This document shows, piece by piece, positions 1 to 8,381 of a stretch of 24,240 bases of DNA; position 1 is the first letter of the stretch; each line of letters starts with the position of its first letter. A program made the position numbers and the translations under genes. The notes below the pieces were generated by a model. It saw nothing but the letters and a program-made list of their open reading frames with translations. It had not been told where the DNA came from and searched no databases. Source of the stretch: a virus (taxonomy: Duplodnaviria; Caudoviricetes); IMG/VR virus record IMGVR_UViG_3300042892_001621, positions 1-24,240 of that record. The stretch is one strand, 5' to 3'.

Positions 1-1297
1 ACGGGCCTTGGTTCATCACGTTGTCAATGAACACTAGATAGATACGACCAGTGTCTGTTCGTTCCTTAAGTATGCCTGATTTGAACACTTCTTCAGCAGA
101 CATAGTTTTTGTCCGGAGGTCAGATCTAGCTTCATATTTGACATAAAGATCTTCAAAAAGTGCAGTGTTGGAGTAGAATGCCTCGTATAGTTCCGGTACT
201 TGGTTAGGGTCAAAGAACGTGATGTTTTGTTTGTGCTTAAATCTACGCCAGAAAAAAGCAGAAAGCACCACCCCATAGTCCATGTGTCGGACACGGGTTT
301 CTTCGGTTCCTTGATTGTTCTTGAGCACAATAAGATCATCGAATTGAAGATGCCAGATGGGATAAAAAACAGTGGCACTTGCATTTCGAATACCTCCTTG
401 TGAACATGACCGTAGGTCACCAAACCATTTCTTTAAGAATGGTATCATACCTGTGTGCATGATTTCGCCACCACGGATGGGCGAACCCAATGGACGCAAT
501 CGTCCAATTTCCAAACCAATGCCAGCACGTTTGCTGGCATACTTGGCCATCATCTCACCAGAGGCAAATATGCTGTCGAGATCGTCGTCACTACGGATGA
601 GAACACAAGAGCTAAACTGTTTAGTAGGAGTACCAAGGCCAGCAAGTACGGGAGTAGCAAGAGTAAAAAGACCATCACTGGCGGCTTGATAATATTCTTT
701 GATATAACGCATTCTAGCTGAGTTAGGCTCTTCTTTGTGAAACACTGTAGCCGCGGCCACCATGTATCTAACTTGGGGAGTTTCATATGTTTTTCCTGTT
801 GAACGATTTTTTACAAGATACTTTTCAATCAACTGCTCGATGGCAGCATAAGAATACTGTTCATCCTTGGCATGATCAATCATGCCTTGCATGCGGTTCC
901 AGTCGTCCTCCGAGTACCATTCCAACAGTTCAGGAGTGTACAGGCCTGTGGCCACATTTGTTTTCACAATGTCATACAAGTGGGGAGGATCGTATGAACC
1001 GTATACGTCTTTGCGTAGCATGGATAGTCGTTGTTTACCTGCCACATGCTGATAGTTGGTGTGCCCAACATCAGGATTTTGCTCTACGTCGATAAGATCC
1101 ACAATGGCTCGTAAAGTGATGCCATCAATTTCTTTGGTGGTAATACCATCGTAAAAATGTAATTGTGTGCGTATCTCTATCATGCTTTGACTTACGTCTG
1201 CTATGCCTGCACATACTTTGGCAATTTGAGTTTGCCACTTTTCCAATGCTAATGGCTCACGCTGTCCACTGCGCTTGACAACTGTTATATTTTTCAT
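1..1297 (-). CDS. nrdA: Ribonucleoside-diphosphate reductase class Ia alpha subunit with N-terminal ATP cone (3' end beyond window)
   Basis: Manually translated from ATG 1297, open to position 1: MKNITVVKRSGQREPL (ATP cone) ... KYLVKNRSTGKTYETPQ ... LATPVLAGLGTPTKQFSSCVL ... SCSQGGIRNASAT ... LKNNQGTEETRVRHMDY ... ERTDTGRIY. Confidence 0.97.
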   Translation of the reverse strand, partial: MKNITVVKRSGQREPLALEKWQTQIAKVCAGIADVSQSMIEIRTQLHFYDGITTKEIDGITLRAIVDLIDVEQNPDVGHTNYQHVAGKQRLSMLRKDVYGSYDPPHLYDIVKTNVATGLYTPELLEWYSEDDWNRMQGMIDHAKDEQYSYAAIEQLIEKYLVKNRSTGKTYETPQVRYMVAAATVFHKEEPNSARMRYIKEYYQAASDGLFTLATPVLAGLGTPTKQFSSCVLIRSDDDLDSIFASGEMMAKYASKRAGIGLEIGRLRPLGSPIRGGEIMHTGMIPFLKKWFGDLRSCSQGGIRNASATVFYPIWHLQFDDLIVLKNNQGTEETRVRHMDYGVVLSAFFWRRFKHKQNITFFDPNQVPELYEAFYSNTALFEDLYVKYEARSDLRTKTMSAEEVFKSGILKERTDTGRIYLVFIDNVMNQGP

Positions 1298-1303
1298 TTT
1301 TCG

Positions 1304-1729
1304 CTACTTTATCTGTGTTTTTATTTGTTCTTGACTGAGCCGGTGCCGTGGATTAAACGGTGTTAGATTGATATTTAACAATTGATCTCTGTCCCAATTC
1401 AGTATATATTTCTTTTGTTCCACTAGGACTAAATTGTCGCTGCCTGTGTCTATTAATTCAGCATCTTGTATGTCTACACGATCCAACAGACTTATAGTAT
1501 ACAATATTCCTAGTCCTCTTGCAAGTCCACAGAACAAATTGTCGTCTAATAGTTGCCAAGGATTGGGCCATGTGAGTTGATCATCCCAATGCAAATGGTA
1601 AGCACGCCAAGGAGTATCAAACCACCAGGCGTTTATGGAATGTAGACATTGGTCAACAGGCATGGTGGTAACTGCCACACGCAGTTGATTCCAACTGGCC
1701 AATCTGGCATCAAAGGTGCGGGCCCACAT
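1304..1729 (-). CDS. Hypothetical phage protein, possible degenerate transglutaminase-like fold
   Basis: Likely start MWARTF at 1729 (TAATG overlap with upstream stop); contains WPNPWQLLDDNLFC motif. Confidence 0.7.
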   Translation of the reverse strand: MWARTFDARLASWNQLRVAVTTMPVDQCLHSINAWWFDTPWRAYHLHWDDQLTWPNPWQLLDDNLFCGLARGLGILYTISLLDRVDIQDAELIDTGSDNLVLVEQKKYILNWDRDQLLNINLTPFNPRHRLSQEQIKTQIK

Positions 1730-3471
1730 TAGGCTAGGTAGGTGACTGAATAGCTTAAGGTACCGGTGACTGTATTGGTTGTGGTATATTTCCAAGCCAC
1801 AGTGTTGCTGCTTTCTGTAACAGAGAATGTCACACCTGGAGGTATGTTTTCTACTCCAGTATCATTGCTGTTAAGATTGGTGCTGCCGCCGTCAGTGCTG
1901 CGTACAATGGTATATGTACCAGTTCTAACAGCAGTATCACGAACTATAGTGTAATTGATTTGCACCGCGGCAACTGTAACAGCATTAAATGTTAATATCT
2001 GTGCTGCCACGGCCACATTGTTTACCAAAGTAAACGAAACACCTGACTCACGTTTGTATGTGCCTTGTTGCAGTCGATAGCCATTCTCCATGGCAATACT
2101 GGCTGTGTTGTTCAACTTAATTCTAGGATAGGTAGCCGATTGTGCTGTGGTTCTTTCAAACATGTCACCCAAGCATACATTGTTGGCAGTGTCAATATCA
2201 ATGATTGCGCTTGCAGCCAACTCAGCACCATTAAAGTGATTGCCTACATCATAGAACACATTGTTGGTGGTGGTGTTTAAACTCACGCCATCAATTACAA
2301 TACCTTCTACATAGATGTTGTCAAATGTGTTAGCAATCAATCGCACTCCCGACGGACCACCATTAACTGGTGTTGCACCACCTAAGTACACCCCTTGATA
2401 CAAGGTATCAAATTCGCAATTGGAAAATACGATTCCTTCAATCTGTTGAGCAGTGTTGGTACCATATGTAAAACCACTGAAAACGCAATTTTCAAAATTA
2501 ACATGATTATCAACCAATGTAGTTGTGCTGGCCCATCGAACAGCCGCAATGTTATCTGTAGACACTGTGAGTGTGCTGGTGGTCAACGGACCTTGAATCC
2601 CAACATTGGTGAATGAACAATCATGAGCACGTTCAATCAACAACCCATCCATGATTTGATTGGTGACCATATTCATGTTGGACACTAAAATATTTTGTGG
2701 CTCGGCCGGGCTCACAATGTTAACACCTGTTTGCTGTGTTCTGCTGGCTGTTTGCATGATGTAGCTGGGCAAACTGTCGGCCGCACCAGTAGATATATTG
2801 CCCCAATAGTATTGGCCGAGCGTGGTACTAGTTAACGCAGTTCCAACAGGCACTGCGAAATTTGATCTATAATACAGACCGCCAGACTTTACCAGCACGC
2901 CAGCAGCATAGGCCACTGTGCTAGTCCATGCAGTCACAAAGAAATTCAAAATACTACTTTGTGGACCTTCACCATAAAGCATAGCATATGGAGGTACTAG
3001 GATGGTGTTAGTAATCAGATAACTGCCAGCAGGGAAAAACAAACTTCTGCGAATTTGTGGATTTGCTTCGCGGCAATACAATTGATATAATGCACGATTG
3101 ATTGCCGCAGTATCATCAGTAACACCATCACCAGTAGCACCAAAATCGGTAACCACACAATAACTGTCCAGTCTACTTTGTAAACTTTGGCTTACAGGCG
3201 ACCCTGGGCTAGCTCCAGTTTGTACAGTATAGCCAGTAGCAGTAAACCCTGTGTAAGTGTAGGCTGTTTGTGTGGCTAGAATGTCCGAATATTCTGTAAG
3301 AATCTCTACGTTATTATGCTCGTCGGGCGATCCTTCAGCCAGTGTGCCCGGACCAATATACAATTGGCGGGTGTCTACTGCCCACCCAAGTTCGGCTGGT
3401 GCTAGAGGTTGCGGAAGATCTTCTTCGAGACCTTTGCGGTTGGTTATTCTTGAGATTTGTACAATTGCCAC
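1729..3471 (-). CDS. Tail fibre/tailspike-like protein with Mtd-N-like N-terminus and pectate-lyase-type beta-helix
   Basis: N-terminal ITNRKG...LAPAELGWAVDTRQLYIG; VTDFGATGDGVTDDTAAINRAL and LFFPAGSYLI motifs; Asn/Thr/Gly-rich beta-helix repeats; upstream TAAATA. Confidence 0.8.
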   Translation of the reverse strand: MAIVQISRITNRKGLEEDLPQPLAPAELGWAVDTRQLYIGPGTLAEGSPDEHNNVEILTEYSDILATQTAYTYTGFTATGYTVQTGASPGSPVSQSLQSRLDSYCVVTDFGATGDGVTDDTAAINRALYQLYCREANPQIRRSLFFPAGSYLITNTILVPPYAMLYGEGPQSSILNFFVTAWTSTVAYAAGVLVKSGGLYYRSNFAVPVGTALTSTTLGQYYWGNISTGAADSLPSYIMQTASRTQQTGVNIVSPAEPQNILVSNMNMVTNQIMDGLLIERAHDCSFTNVGIQGPLTTSTLTVSTDNIAAVRWASTTTLVDNHVNFENCVFSGFTYGTNTAQQIEGIVFSNCEFDTLYQGVYLGGATPVNGGPSGVRLIANTFDNIYVEGIVIDGVSLNTTTNNVFYDVGNHFNGAELAASAIIDIDTANNVCLGDMFERTTAQSATYPRIKLNNTASIAMENGYRLQQGTYKRESGVSFTLVNNVAVAAQILTFNAVTVAAVQINYTIVRDTAVRTGTYTIVRSTDGGSTNLNSNDTGVENIPPGVTFSVTESSNTVAWKYTTTNTVTGTLSYSVTYLA

Positions 3472-3490
3472 AGTGTGATTCCTTGAGGTA

Positions 3491-4207
3491 TCACATATTT
3501 AGCACGTAGTACTGTTCGACCTTTTTCCACCACATGGTGCGATATTTTTCAAATTCCCCGCCTTCCAGCACAAATTCCTGGTATTTGGGCTGTCCTACGA
3601 TGTTGTGTTGCGCATCTAGATCAGGCTTGACACACATCAAAATTACACCTTTTTTAATCCGTGTGCCATGCAGTTCATTATGTGCTTCGGCGTAGGCACA
3701 CAACTGAACAAAGTAATCATCAATCCATTCACGCTTTTTGGGCTTGTTGGTTTGCTTGTAATCCAATATGCTTTCTTCATTTAAATGTATGCCAGCACCG
3801 TCTGTTGTACCTGCATACACACCCGGAAAGTACAAAGGTACTTCGATACCCCAGAATTCACTTACATTTTTCAATCCCTTGTTAACTACTTCTTCTGCCA
3901 TGATATGACTGGGCCATGAAAACGGATTAGATCCACGAGCAGGTATAGCACCTTCACGAATGTACTTTTCAAGATAGGTGTGCATTCTAGTGCCGCGATT
4001 GGCTGCTTCTGTTGTGATGGCTTGTGCTCGTTCTGCACCCACTGCTCGTCGCCAATTGTGCAAGGCAGCCTTGCTTTCTTCACTTTTTGTTCGGTCTAGG
4101 ATAGTGGTCACACTGGGTAACTTGTTGCCATCTGGAGTGGCGTAGAATCTTTTACCGTCTATTGTGACCCTGGGTATGGGTGTGTAATCAAATTTTGGAT
4201 TATACAT
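3491..4207 (-). CDS. PD-(D/E)XK exonuclease (phage exonuclease/MGME1-like)
   Basis: LPSVTTIL, RGTRMH, EVPLY...AGTTD...LDYKQT, QLCAYA motifs; ATG at 4207 preferred. Confidence 0.85.
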   Translation of the reverse strand: MYNPKFDYTPIPRVTIDGKRFYATPDGNKLPSVTTILDRTKSEESKAALHNWRRAVGAERAQAITTEAANRGTRMHTYLEKYIREGAIPARGSNPFSWPSHIMAEEVVNKGLKNVSEFWGIEVPLYFPGVYAGTTDGAGIHLNEESILDYKQTNKPKKREWIDDYFVQLCAYAEAHNELHGTRIKKGVILMCVKPDLDAQHNIVGQPKYQEFVLEGGEFEKYRTMWWKKVEQYYVLNM

Positions 4208-4235
4208 AATTATAGTCAATTATAGACAATTATAG
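4208..4235. repeat. Three tandem CTATAATT units (minus strand), 10-nt period
   Basis: aattatag at 4208-4215, 4218-4225 and 4228-4235. Confidence 0.9.
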
Positions 4236-4247
4236 TCCAGTTGTCAA
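4219..4247 (-). promoter_or_regulatory. Consensus sigma70-type promoter for the exonuclease gene
   Basis: TTGACA (4247-4242), 17-nt spacer, TATAAT (4224-4219). Confidence 0.8.
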
Positions 4248-4571
4248 CTATATTCGAAAACTACTTCCACATCCACAACGGTCACGTTCATTGGGATTTT
4301 GAAATTCAAAGCCTTCATTGAGGCCTTGACGCACATAGTCTACTGTGATACCTTTGAGATATACATCATTTTTCTTATCAACCAAGACCACAAAGTCTTG
4401 TTGGGCATAGTTGATGTCAGATTCCGAAGGTGTGTATTCTTGTACATATTCTAACACATACGCTAGGCCAGAACAACCTGTAGTTTTTACCCCAAGTCGA
4501 ATGCCAGCATAGTTTTTGGCTTGCAGTAGTCGCTTTACTTTGGTGTACGCATGATCAGTTAGAGAGATCAT
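4248..4571 (-). CDS. iscA: A-type Fe-S cluster carrier protein IscA
   Basis: IRLGVKTTGCSGLAY, VDYVRQGLNEGFEFQNPN, CGCGSSF. Confidence 0.95.
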   Translation of the reverse strand: MISLTDHAYTKVKRLLQAKNYAGIRLGVKTTGCSGLAYVLEYVQEYTPSESDINYAQQDFVVLVDKKNDVYLKGITVDYVRQGLNEGFEFQNPNERDRCGCGSSFRI

Positions 4572-4941
4572 GCTTCTTTCTGTAGTCTTCTACAGCGGCT
4601 TTGATGGCGTCTTCAGCAAGGATGCTACAATGGATTTTGACAGGTGGCAACGAGAGTTCTTGAGCAATTTCTGAATTTTTAATAGTTGCCGCTTGGTCAA
4701 GCGTCCGACCTTTAACCCACTCGGTAATGAGAGAACTGGAGGCAATTGCACTGCCGCATCCGTATGTTTTGAATCTTGCATCCGTGATGATACCATCTTG
4801 CACCTTGATTTGTAGTTTCATTACGTCGCCACAGGCAGGTGCGCCAACCATGCCAGTACCAATATCACTATCAGTCTTATCAAAAGATCCGACGTTCCTG
4901 GGATTCTCATAATGATCAATAACCTGCTGACTGTAAGCCAT
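4555..4941 (-). CDS. iscU: Fe-S cluster scaffold IscU
   Basis: DHYENPRNVG, GAPACGDVM, FKTYGCGSAIAS, LPPVKIHCS. Confidence 0.97.
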   Translation of the reverse strand: MAYSQQVIDHYENPRNVGSFDKTDSDIGTGMVGAPACGDVMKLQIKVQDGIITDARFKTYGCGSAIASSSLITEWVKGRTLDQAATIKNSEIAQELSLPPVKIHCSILAEDAIKAAVEDYRKKHDLSN

Positions 4942-5110
4942 ATAATTTTGTTTCCTGTATCCAACCTATTAGACAGTCTGGACCATACTTGTCTTTAAAC
5001 TTGTTTATGGCTTCAAACTGATTTTCTGCTGCCACTGTGGCAACATACTGTTTTAATACACCGATATTATCAGTGTATTTGATGTAGGCTTTCCAATGTT
5101 TCATTGGCAA
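4916..5110 (-). CDS. Small hypothetical protein
   Basis: About 62-64 aa ORF overlapping both neighbours in the operon. Confidence 0.6.
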   Translation of the reverse strand: MPMKHWKAYIKYTDNIGVLKQYVATVAAENQFEAINKFKDKYGPDCLIGWIQETKLYGLQSAGY

Positions 5111-5385
5111 GTTCTTGTTCTAGTGACCGTGCCATCTGCATACTGTATTTCGGTCCAAGGTGTGCAGACAGAACGCAAGGGCTGTTGCACAACCACTACA
5201 GGTGGTGGAACATATCCGTAATTGTAAACAGGCTCGTTGTGGTTGCGTGTCAATGCATAACCAATTACCCCACCAACAATTACTGGTGCTATCCAGTTTC
5301 CGCCACCATGTCTGTGATGGTGGTGATGTTGTGCTTGAGCTAACACAGATAAAGTTAATAATGCGAGAGCAATGAGTTTTTTCAT
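5101..5385 (-). CDS. Small secreted His/Gly/Pro-rich protein
   Basis: Signal peptide MKKLIALALLTLSVLAQA, then QHHHHHRHGGG, hydrophobic glycine segment, PPPVVVV, two C-terminal Cys; AGGAGG RBS at 5396-5391. Confidence 0.8.
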   Translation of the reverse strand: MKKLIALALLTLSVLAQAQHHHHHRHGGGNWIAPVIVGGVIGYALTRNHNEPVYNYGYVPPPVVVVQQPLRSVCTPWTEIQYADGTVTRTRTCQ

Positions 5386-5403
5386 ACGGGCCTCCTACAG
5401 CAT

Positions 5404-5432
5404 AGTATACTATATTTAACGCCTTGCGTCAA
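5404..5432 (-). promoter_or_regulatory. Sigma70-type promoter with nested TAAATA late box, upstream of the secreted-protein/iscU/iscA operon
   Basis: TTGACG (5432-5427), 17-nt spacer, TATACT (5409-5404); TAAATA at 5418-5413. Confidence 0.75.
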
Positions 5433-5448
5433 CAGTTAGTTGACTATA

Positions 5449-5796
5449 TTACATTGGTCGTTTCATGGCCGATTTGGCCATTTTGTTTACCACTTGTTGA
5501 CTTTGTTGTACTGACAGTTTTTCTGGTCCAATGTCAGCGCCTTTGAATGTGACCATTCCAGAATTTGGATCTAAAGGTTCTAACACACCACTCAGTGGAG
5601 GTTGACTCACAATGTCGCCAAGGTTTTGACTGGTAATAGCAATACCTAGGCTTTGAGCAGCTGATATAAAAGCATTCTGACTGATTTGTTTTTGAGCATT
5701 GGTGTCGTCTGCTCGGCCTGCAAGAAAGTTAACCAACCCTACCAATTTGTTAGGGTCGGCTCCGGCATCTGTGGATTCAACTTCGTCAATTCGCAT
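5449..5796 (-). CDS. Hypothetical protein (possible virion/head protein)
   Basis: 115-aa ORF, TAATG-coupled to upstream gene, N-terminus MRIDEV. Confidence 0.75.
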   Translation of the reverse strand: MRIDEVESTDAGADPNKLVGLVNFLAGRADDTNAQKQISQNAFISAAQSLGIAITSQNLGDIVSQPPLSGVLEPLDPNSGMVTFKGADIGPEKLSVQQSQQVVNKMAKSAMKRPM

Positions 5797-6695
5797 TATC
5801 TCTTGGCGCGACCAAGTGCGGCAGGGGGAACTGCGGCCGGGTCTTCAGGAGGAGGAGCCATTTCATCACCGGCCATGCCAGCAGCAGCGTCTAAGTCATC
5901 CATTCCAGCTGCCGCCATTTCATCACCGGGCATTGGTACGCCGCCCATGGCTGCCATACCAGCGTCAGGTGGAGGTGTTGCACCAGTTACTACGCCAAGT
6001 GCAGAGTCTAGTTGTTGTTTGGCACCTTGTAAGTTTTGTACCAAGCCTGTGAGTGCAGCAGTGGCATCTGTGTTAAATTGAGCAGCTTGATCAATGCCTA
6101 CTTGATTCTTGATTGAATCAACTAAAGCAGGCAATTCTTTAAATTGCATTTCGCTGGCATCTTCCAACATTGATTGCATTTTGTCAACCATGTCTTGTGC
6201 AGCTAATACCACTTGAGCTTGTTGCACTTCAGATTCTTTCAGCATGCGGTATGCATTGCGTAAACGATTTTCGGCTTTCATCATTGCAGCGCCAGACACA
6301 AGTTTTTGCTCTTCAGGATTTAATGTTTGGCCAGCAGTTGATTTCTTGAGGGCTGCTGCTAATTTAGGATCTTTAACTTGCACACCTGCTGCGGCAGGAG
6401 CAGCAGGAGCGCCAGGCGCTGCTGGAGCAGCAGGAATTGGAACCATGTCTTCTTTGATTCTAGCAGTTAGCGCCTGTTCCATCATCAACAGCTTAAGGTA
6501 AGCTGGATTGCGTTCGCTCTGATGGAACGAAGGTTGACGACGAGTTTCGCCTAGTACGCCACGCACACGTGTCAACATTTTCTGAGCTTGCTTGCCAGTA
6601 ATTTGGTCAAACTTCATGCGTGAGCCAAAATAGCTTTCGAATACACGGGCTATTTGTTTGGTTGGCTTAATTGCCGCTAGTTCTTGCAGTTTCAT
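5796..6695 (-). CDS. Hypothetical helical, Pro/Ala-rich protein (possible prohead core/internal protein)
   Basis: 299 aa; MKLQEL N-terminus; low-complexity linkers; upstream TAAATA (6724-6719) and GAGG RBS. Confidence 0.75.
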   Translation of the reverse strand: MKLQELAAIKPTKQIARVFESYFGSRMKFDQITGKQAQKMLTRVRGVLGETRRQPSFHQSERNPAYLKLLMMEQALTARIKEDMVPIPAAPAAPGAPAAPAAAGVQVKDPKLAAALKKSTAGQTLNPEEQKLVSGAAMMKAENRLRNAYRMLKESEVQQAQVVLAAQDMVDKMQSMLEDASEMQFKELPALVDSIKNQVGIDQAAQFNTDATAALTGLVQNLQGAKQQLDSALGVVTGATPPPDAGMAAMGGVPMPGDEMAAAGMDDLDAAAGMAGDEMAPPPEDPAAVPPAALGRAKR

Positions 6696-7146
6696 TTTGG
6701 AATCCTCTAAGTTGTATATATTTAGCCGAATTTAAACATTTTTCAAGTTCCTGGTCCACCAAGGCATGTTGTTGAACCTTGGGTTGTAACTTGGTCAATA
6801 CCACTTCGCTAAATCCATTGTCTCGACTACGCTCTGCTACTTGCCGTCTACAGTATATATCTGCTGACAACGTTTGTTTTTTGGTGTCTAAAGTCTTGAT
6901 ACTTTGTGCTAGTCTGAGTTGATTGTGATTGTCAGCCACACACCAACTAATTGCTGTGCGCTTGTTGCTGAATGTGCCTATTAAATTATCGCCCGATGTG
7001 TACACTTCAAAAGACTGATGTGCTGGACGCAGATTGTATCGACCAAATGCCACATATCCATCTGATTCATCATTCACAATCATAGTGTGTATATTACGGC
7101 GAACTTCACGTTCGGCCCAGCGTTCTAATTTTTGTTCTCGAGTCAT
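6667..7146 (-). CDS. Hypothetical protein
   Basis: Likely start MTREQK at 7146 (ATGA overlap with upstream stop). Confidence 0.7.
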   Translation of the reverse strand: MTREQKLERWAEREVRRNIHTMIVNDESDGYVAFGRYNLRPAHQSFEVYTSGDNLIGTFSNKRTAISWCVADNHNQLRLAQSIKTLDTKKQTLSADIYCRRQVAERSRDNGFSEVVLTKLQPKVQQHALVDQELEKCLNSAKYIQLRGFQNETARTSGN

Positions 7147-7406
7147 AGTTTGATCAAATGCGCTGCTGCCCAACCTAATGCGCCCACAAGGGTAGCAATT
7201 ATGCCCACACCCCAACTGAGTAGTCTATCGTTGTTTTTGGTGGTAGTGGCTTGTAGCATGCCACGCAGTTCGGCAATCACACCAAAAAGAGTAGTGATCT
7301 TTTCATCCATTGATTCTAACTTTACTTCCAGCAGGCGATACCGCTCAGCACACAATTCCACGTGTGCTTCTAGACTTTTCTTTTCAATGTCGGTTGTATC
7401 AGCCAT
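7143..7406 (-). CDS. Small coiled-coil protein with C-terminal transmembrane helix (holin/XhlA-like architecture)
   Basis: Heptad region followed by LLSWGVGIIATLVGALGWAAAHL; GGAG RBS and TAAATA (7432-7427) upstream. Confidence 0.65.
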   Translation of the reverse strand: MADTTDIEKKSLEAHVELCAERYRLLEVKLESMDEKITTLFGVIAELRGMLQATTTKNNDRLLSWGVGIIATLVGALGWAAAHLIKL

Positions 7407-7421
7407 TATTTTTACTCCACA

Positions 7422-7844
7422 TCATTTATTTATGGTTTCGAACCATAAGTTTTGTTTGGATCCATCGATGATCAAACTAGGCTCTAACTGCACGATTTCG
7501 TTTAGATTGGTTATCATGGGTATACCTGCACACTCATTTAGTAGGCCAGTTAAATTATCAGCTTCGCCTGTGACCGAATACACACCAGCAGCTTCTACTT
7601 CAAATTCAAACACCCAATGATTGTCATGCAATTGAGGCAATTGTACAACGTTAGGCTGTGCTCGCAAGCTGATCATTTGTTGCAATGTTTCCCAGTTGCG
7701 TTGTTGGTTCCTGGCACGATTCCAGTCTTCGATATTGCGTATGACTTGTCCTACACGATCTTCAAAGGGTATTTGACTTGATCTAAAATGCCCAGTAATA
7801 CCAGTGGGACTGCAATCAAATAGTGTTCGGCCTTGTATCTTCAT
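7422..7844 (-). CDS. Hypothetical protein
   Basis: Likely start MKIQGR at 7844, 8 nt after TAAATA (7858-7853). Confidence 0.7.
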   Translation of the reverse strand: MKIQGRTLFDCSPTGITGHFRSSQIPFEDRVGQVIRNIEDWNRARNQQRNWETLQQMISLRAQPNVVQLPQLHDNHWVFEFEVEAAGVYSVTGEADNLTGLLNECAGIPMITNLNEIVQLEPSLIIDGSKQNLWFETINK

Positions 7845-7863
7845 TCTGTGAGTATTTAACGCC

Positions 7864-7897
7864 AAACAAAAACCCCGGAGTTTTTAGTTCCGGGGTT
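7864..7897 (-). terminator. Rho-independent terminator
   Basis: Minus strand AACCCCGGA-loop-TCCGGGGTT followed by TTTGTTT, just downstream of 7917..8318. Confidence 0.88.
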
Positions 7898-7916
7898 GAT
7901 CGAATCAAATGATTGA

Positions 7917-8318
7917 TTAGGTTGTTAGCTTGAAGCCAACGCTTGTGCAACTGTCTAACTGGAAACCAGTGTAGGTAATATTGGCAGCAGCCAACATTAC
8001 AGCAGCAGAAGTATTGGTGCTGGCGTTAGCAAAAGCGCCTGTCGGGTATGTAGCAACTGAAATTGCAACGCCGTCAACTTGGTACATGGCCACAGTTGAA
8101 GTTTGTTGAATTGCTTGCAACACGTTAGCAACGTATTCTGTTACGCCGCCTTCGCCGTTTACGCTGGTATTAGCGACCAAGCGGAAGAAGTCCAGTTTTG
8201 GACCTTGTGGTTGTACAGGTTGACCAGCCAATGAAGTGCTAGGAGCAACTGGACCGTTACGTGTGTCTAATGCGAATACTGGTTGTGAATCGCCATTTAC
8301 GGGTGCGAAATATGCCAT
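7917..8318 (-). CDS. Hypothetical protein, probably abundant virion protein
   Basis: 133 aa, own TAAATA (8366-8361), AAGGA RBS and dedicated terminator; Ala/Thr/Val-rich. Confidence 0.75.
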   Translation of the reverse strand: MAYFAPVNGDSQPVFALDTRNGPVAPSTSLAGQPVQPQGPKLDFFRLVANTSVNGEGGVTEYVANVLQAIQQTSTVAMYQVDGVAISVATYPTGAFANASTNTSAAVMLAAANITYTGFQLDSCTSVGFKLTT

Positions 8319-8381
8319 GATAAAATCCTTTAAAGTTAATGGTCTCGGTGGACCTGCTTTTATTTAGTCTTTTGGCAAAAA

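Noticed and set aside
34-1095. Short ORFs on both strands in the ORF track, suggesting a gene-poor or pseudogene region
   Set aside because: They are shadows of nrdA, whose minus frame from 1297 was translated by hand and is uninterrupted; no intron or intein seen in this part.
1729-3471. Diversity-generating retroelement suggested by the Mtd-like N-terminus
   Set aside because: No reverse transcriptase or template/variable repeat pair seen; this N-terminal motif is common in tail proteins.
3491-4207. Cas4/CRISPR association of the nuclease
   Set aside because: It lacks the four-Cys Fe-S motif, and no repeat-spacer array or other cas genes are visible.
4248-4941. Interpreting the window as bacterial chromosome because of iscU/iscA, nrdA and dnaE motifs
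   Set aside because: Context is phage-like: gp41/gp61/UvsW-type genes, tail proteins, TAAATA boxes and no complete isc operon.
5857-5929. 16-nt direct repeat GCCATTTCATCACCGG (5857-5872, 5914-5929)
   Set aside because: It is an in-frame peptide duplication (GDEMA) in a low-complexity tail.
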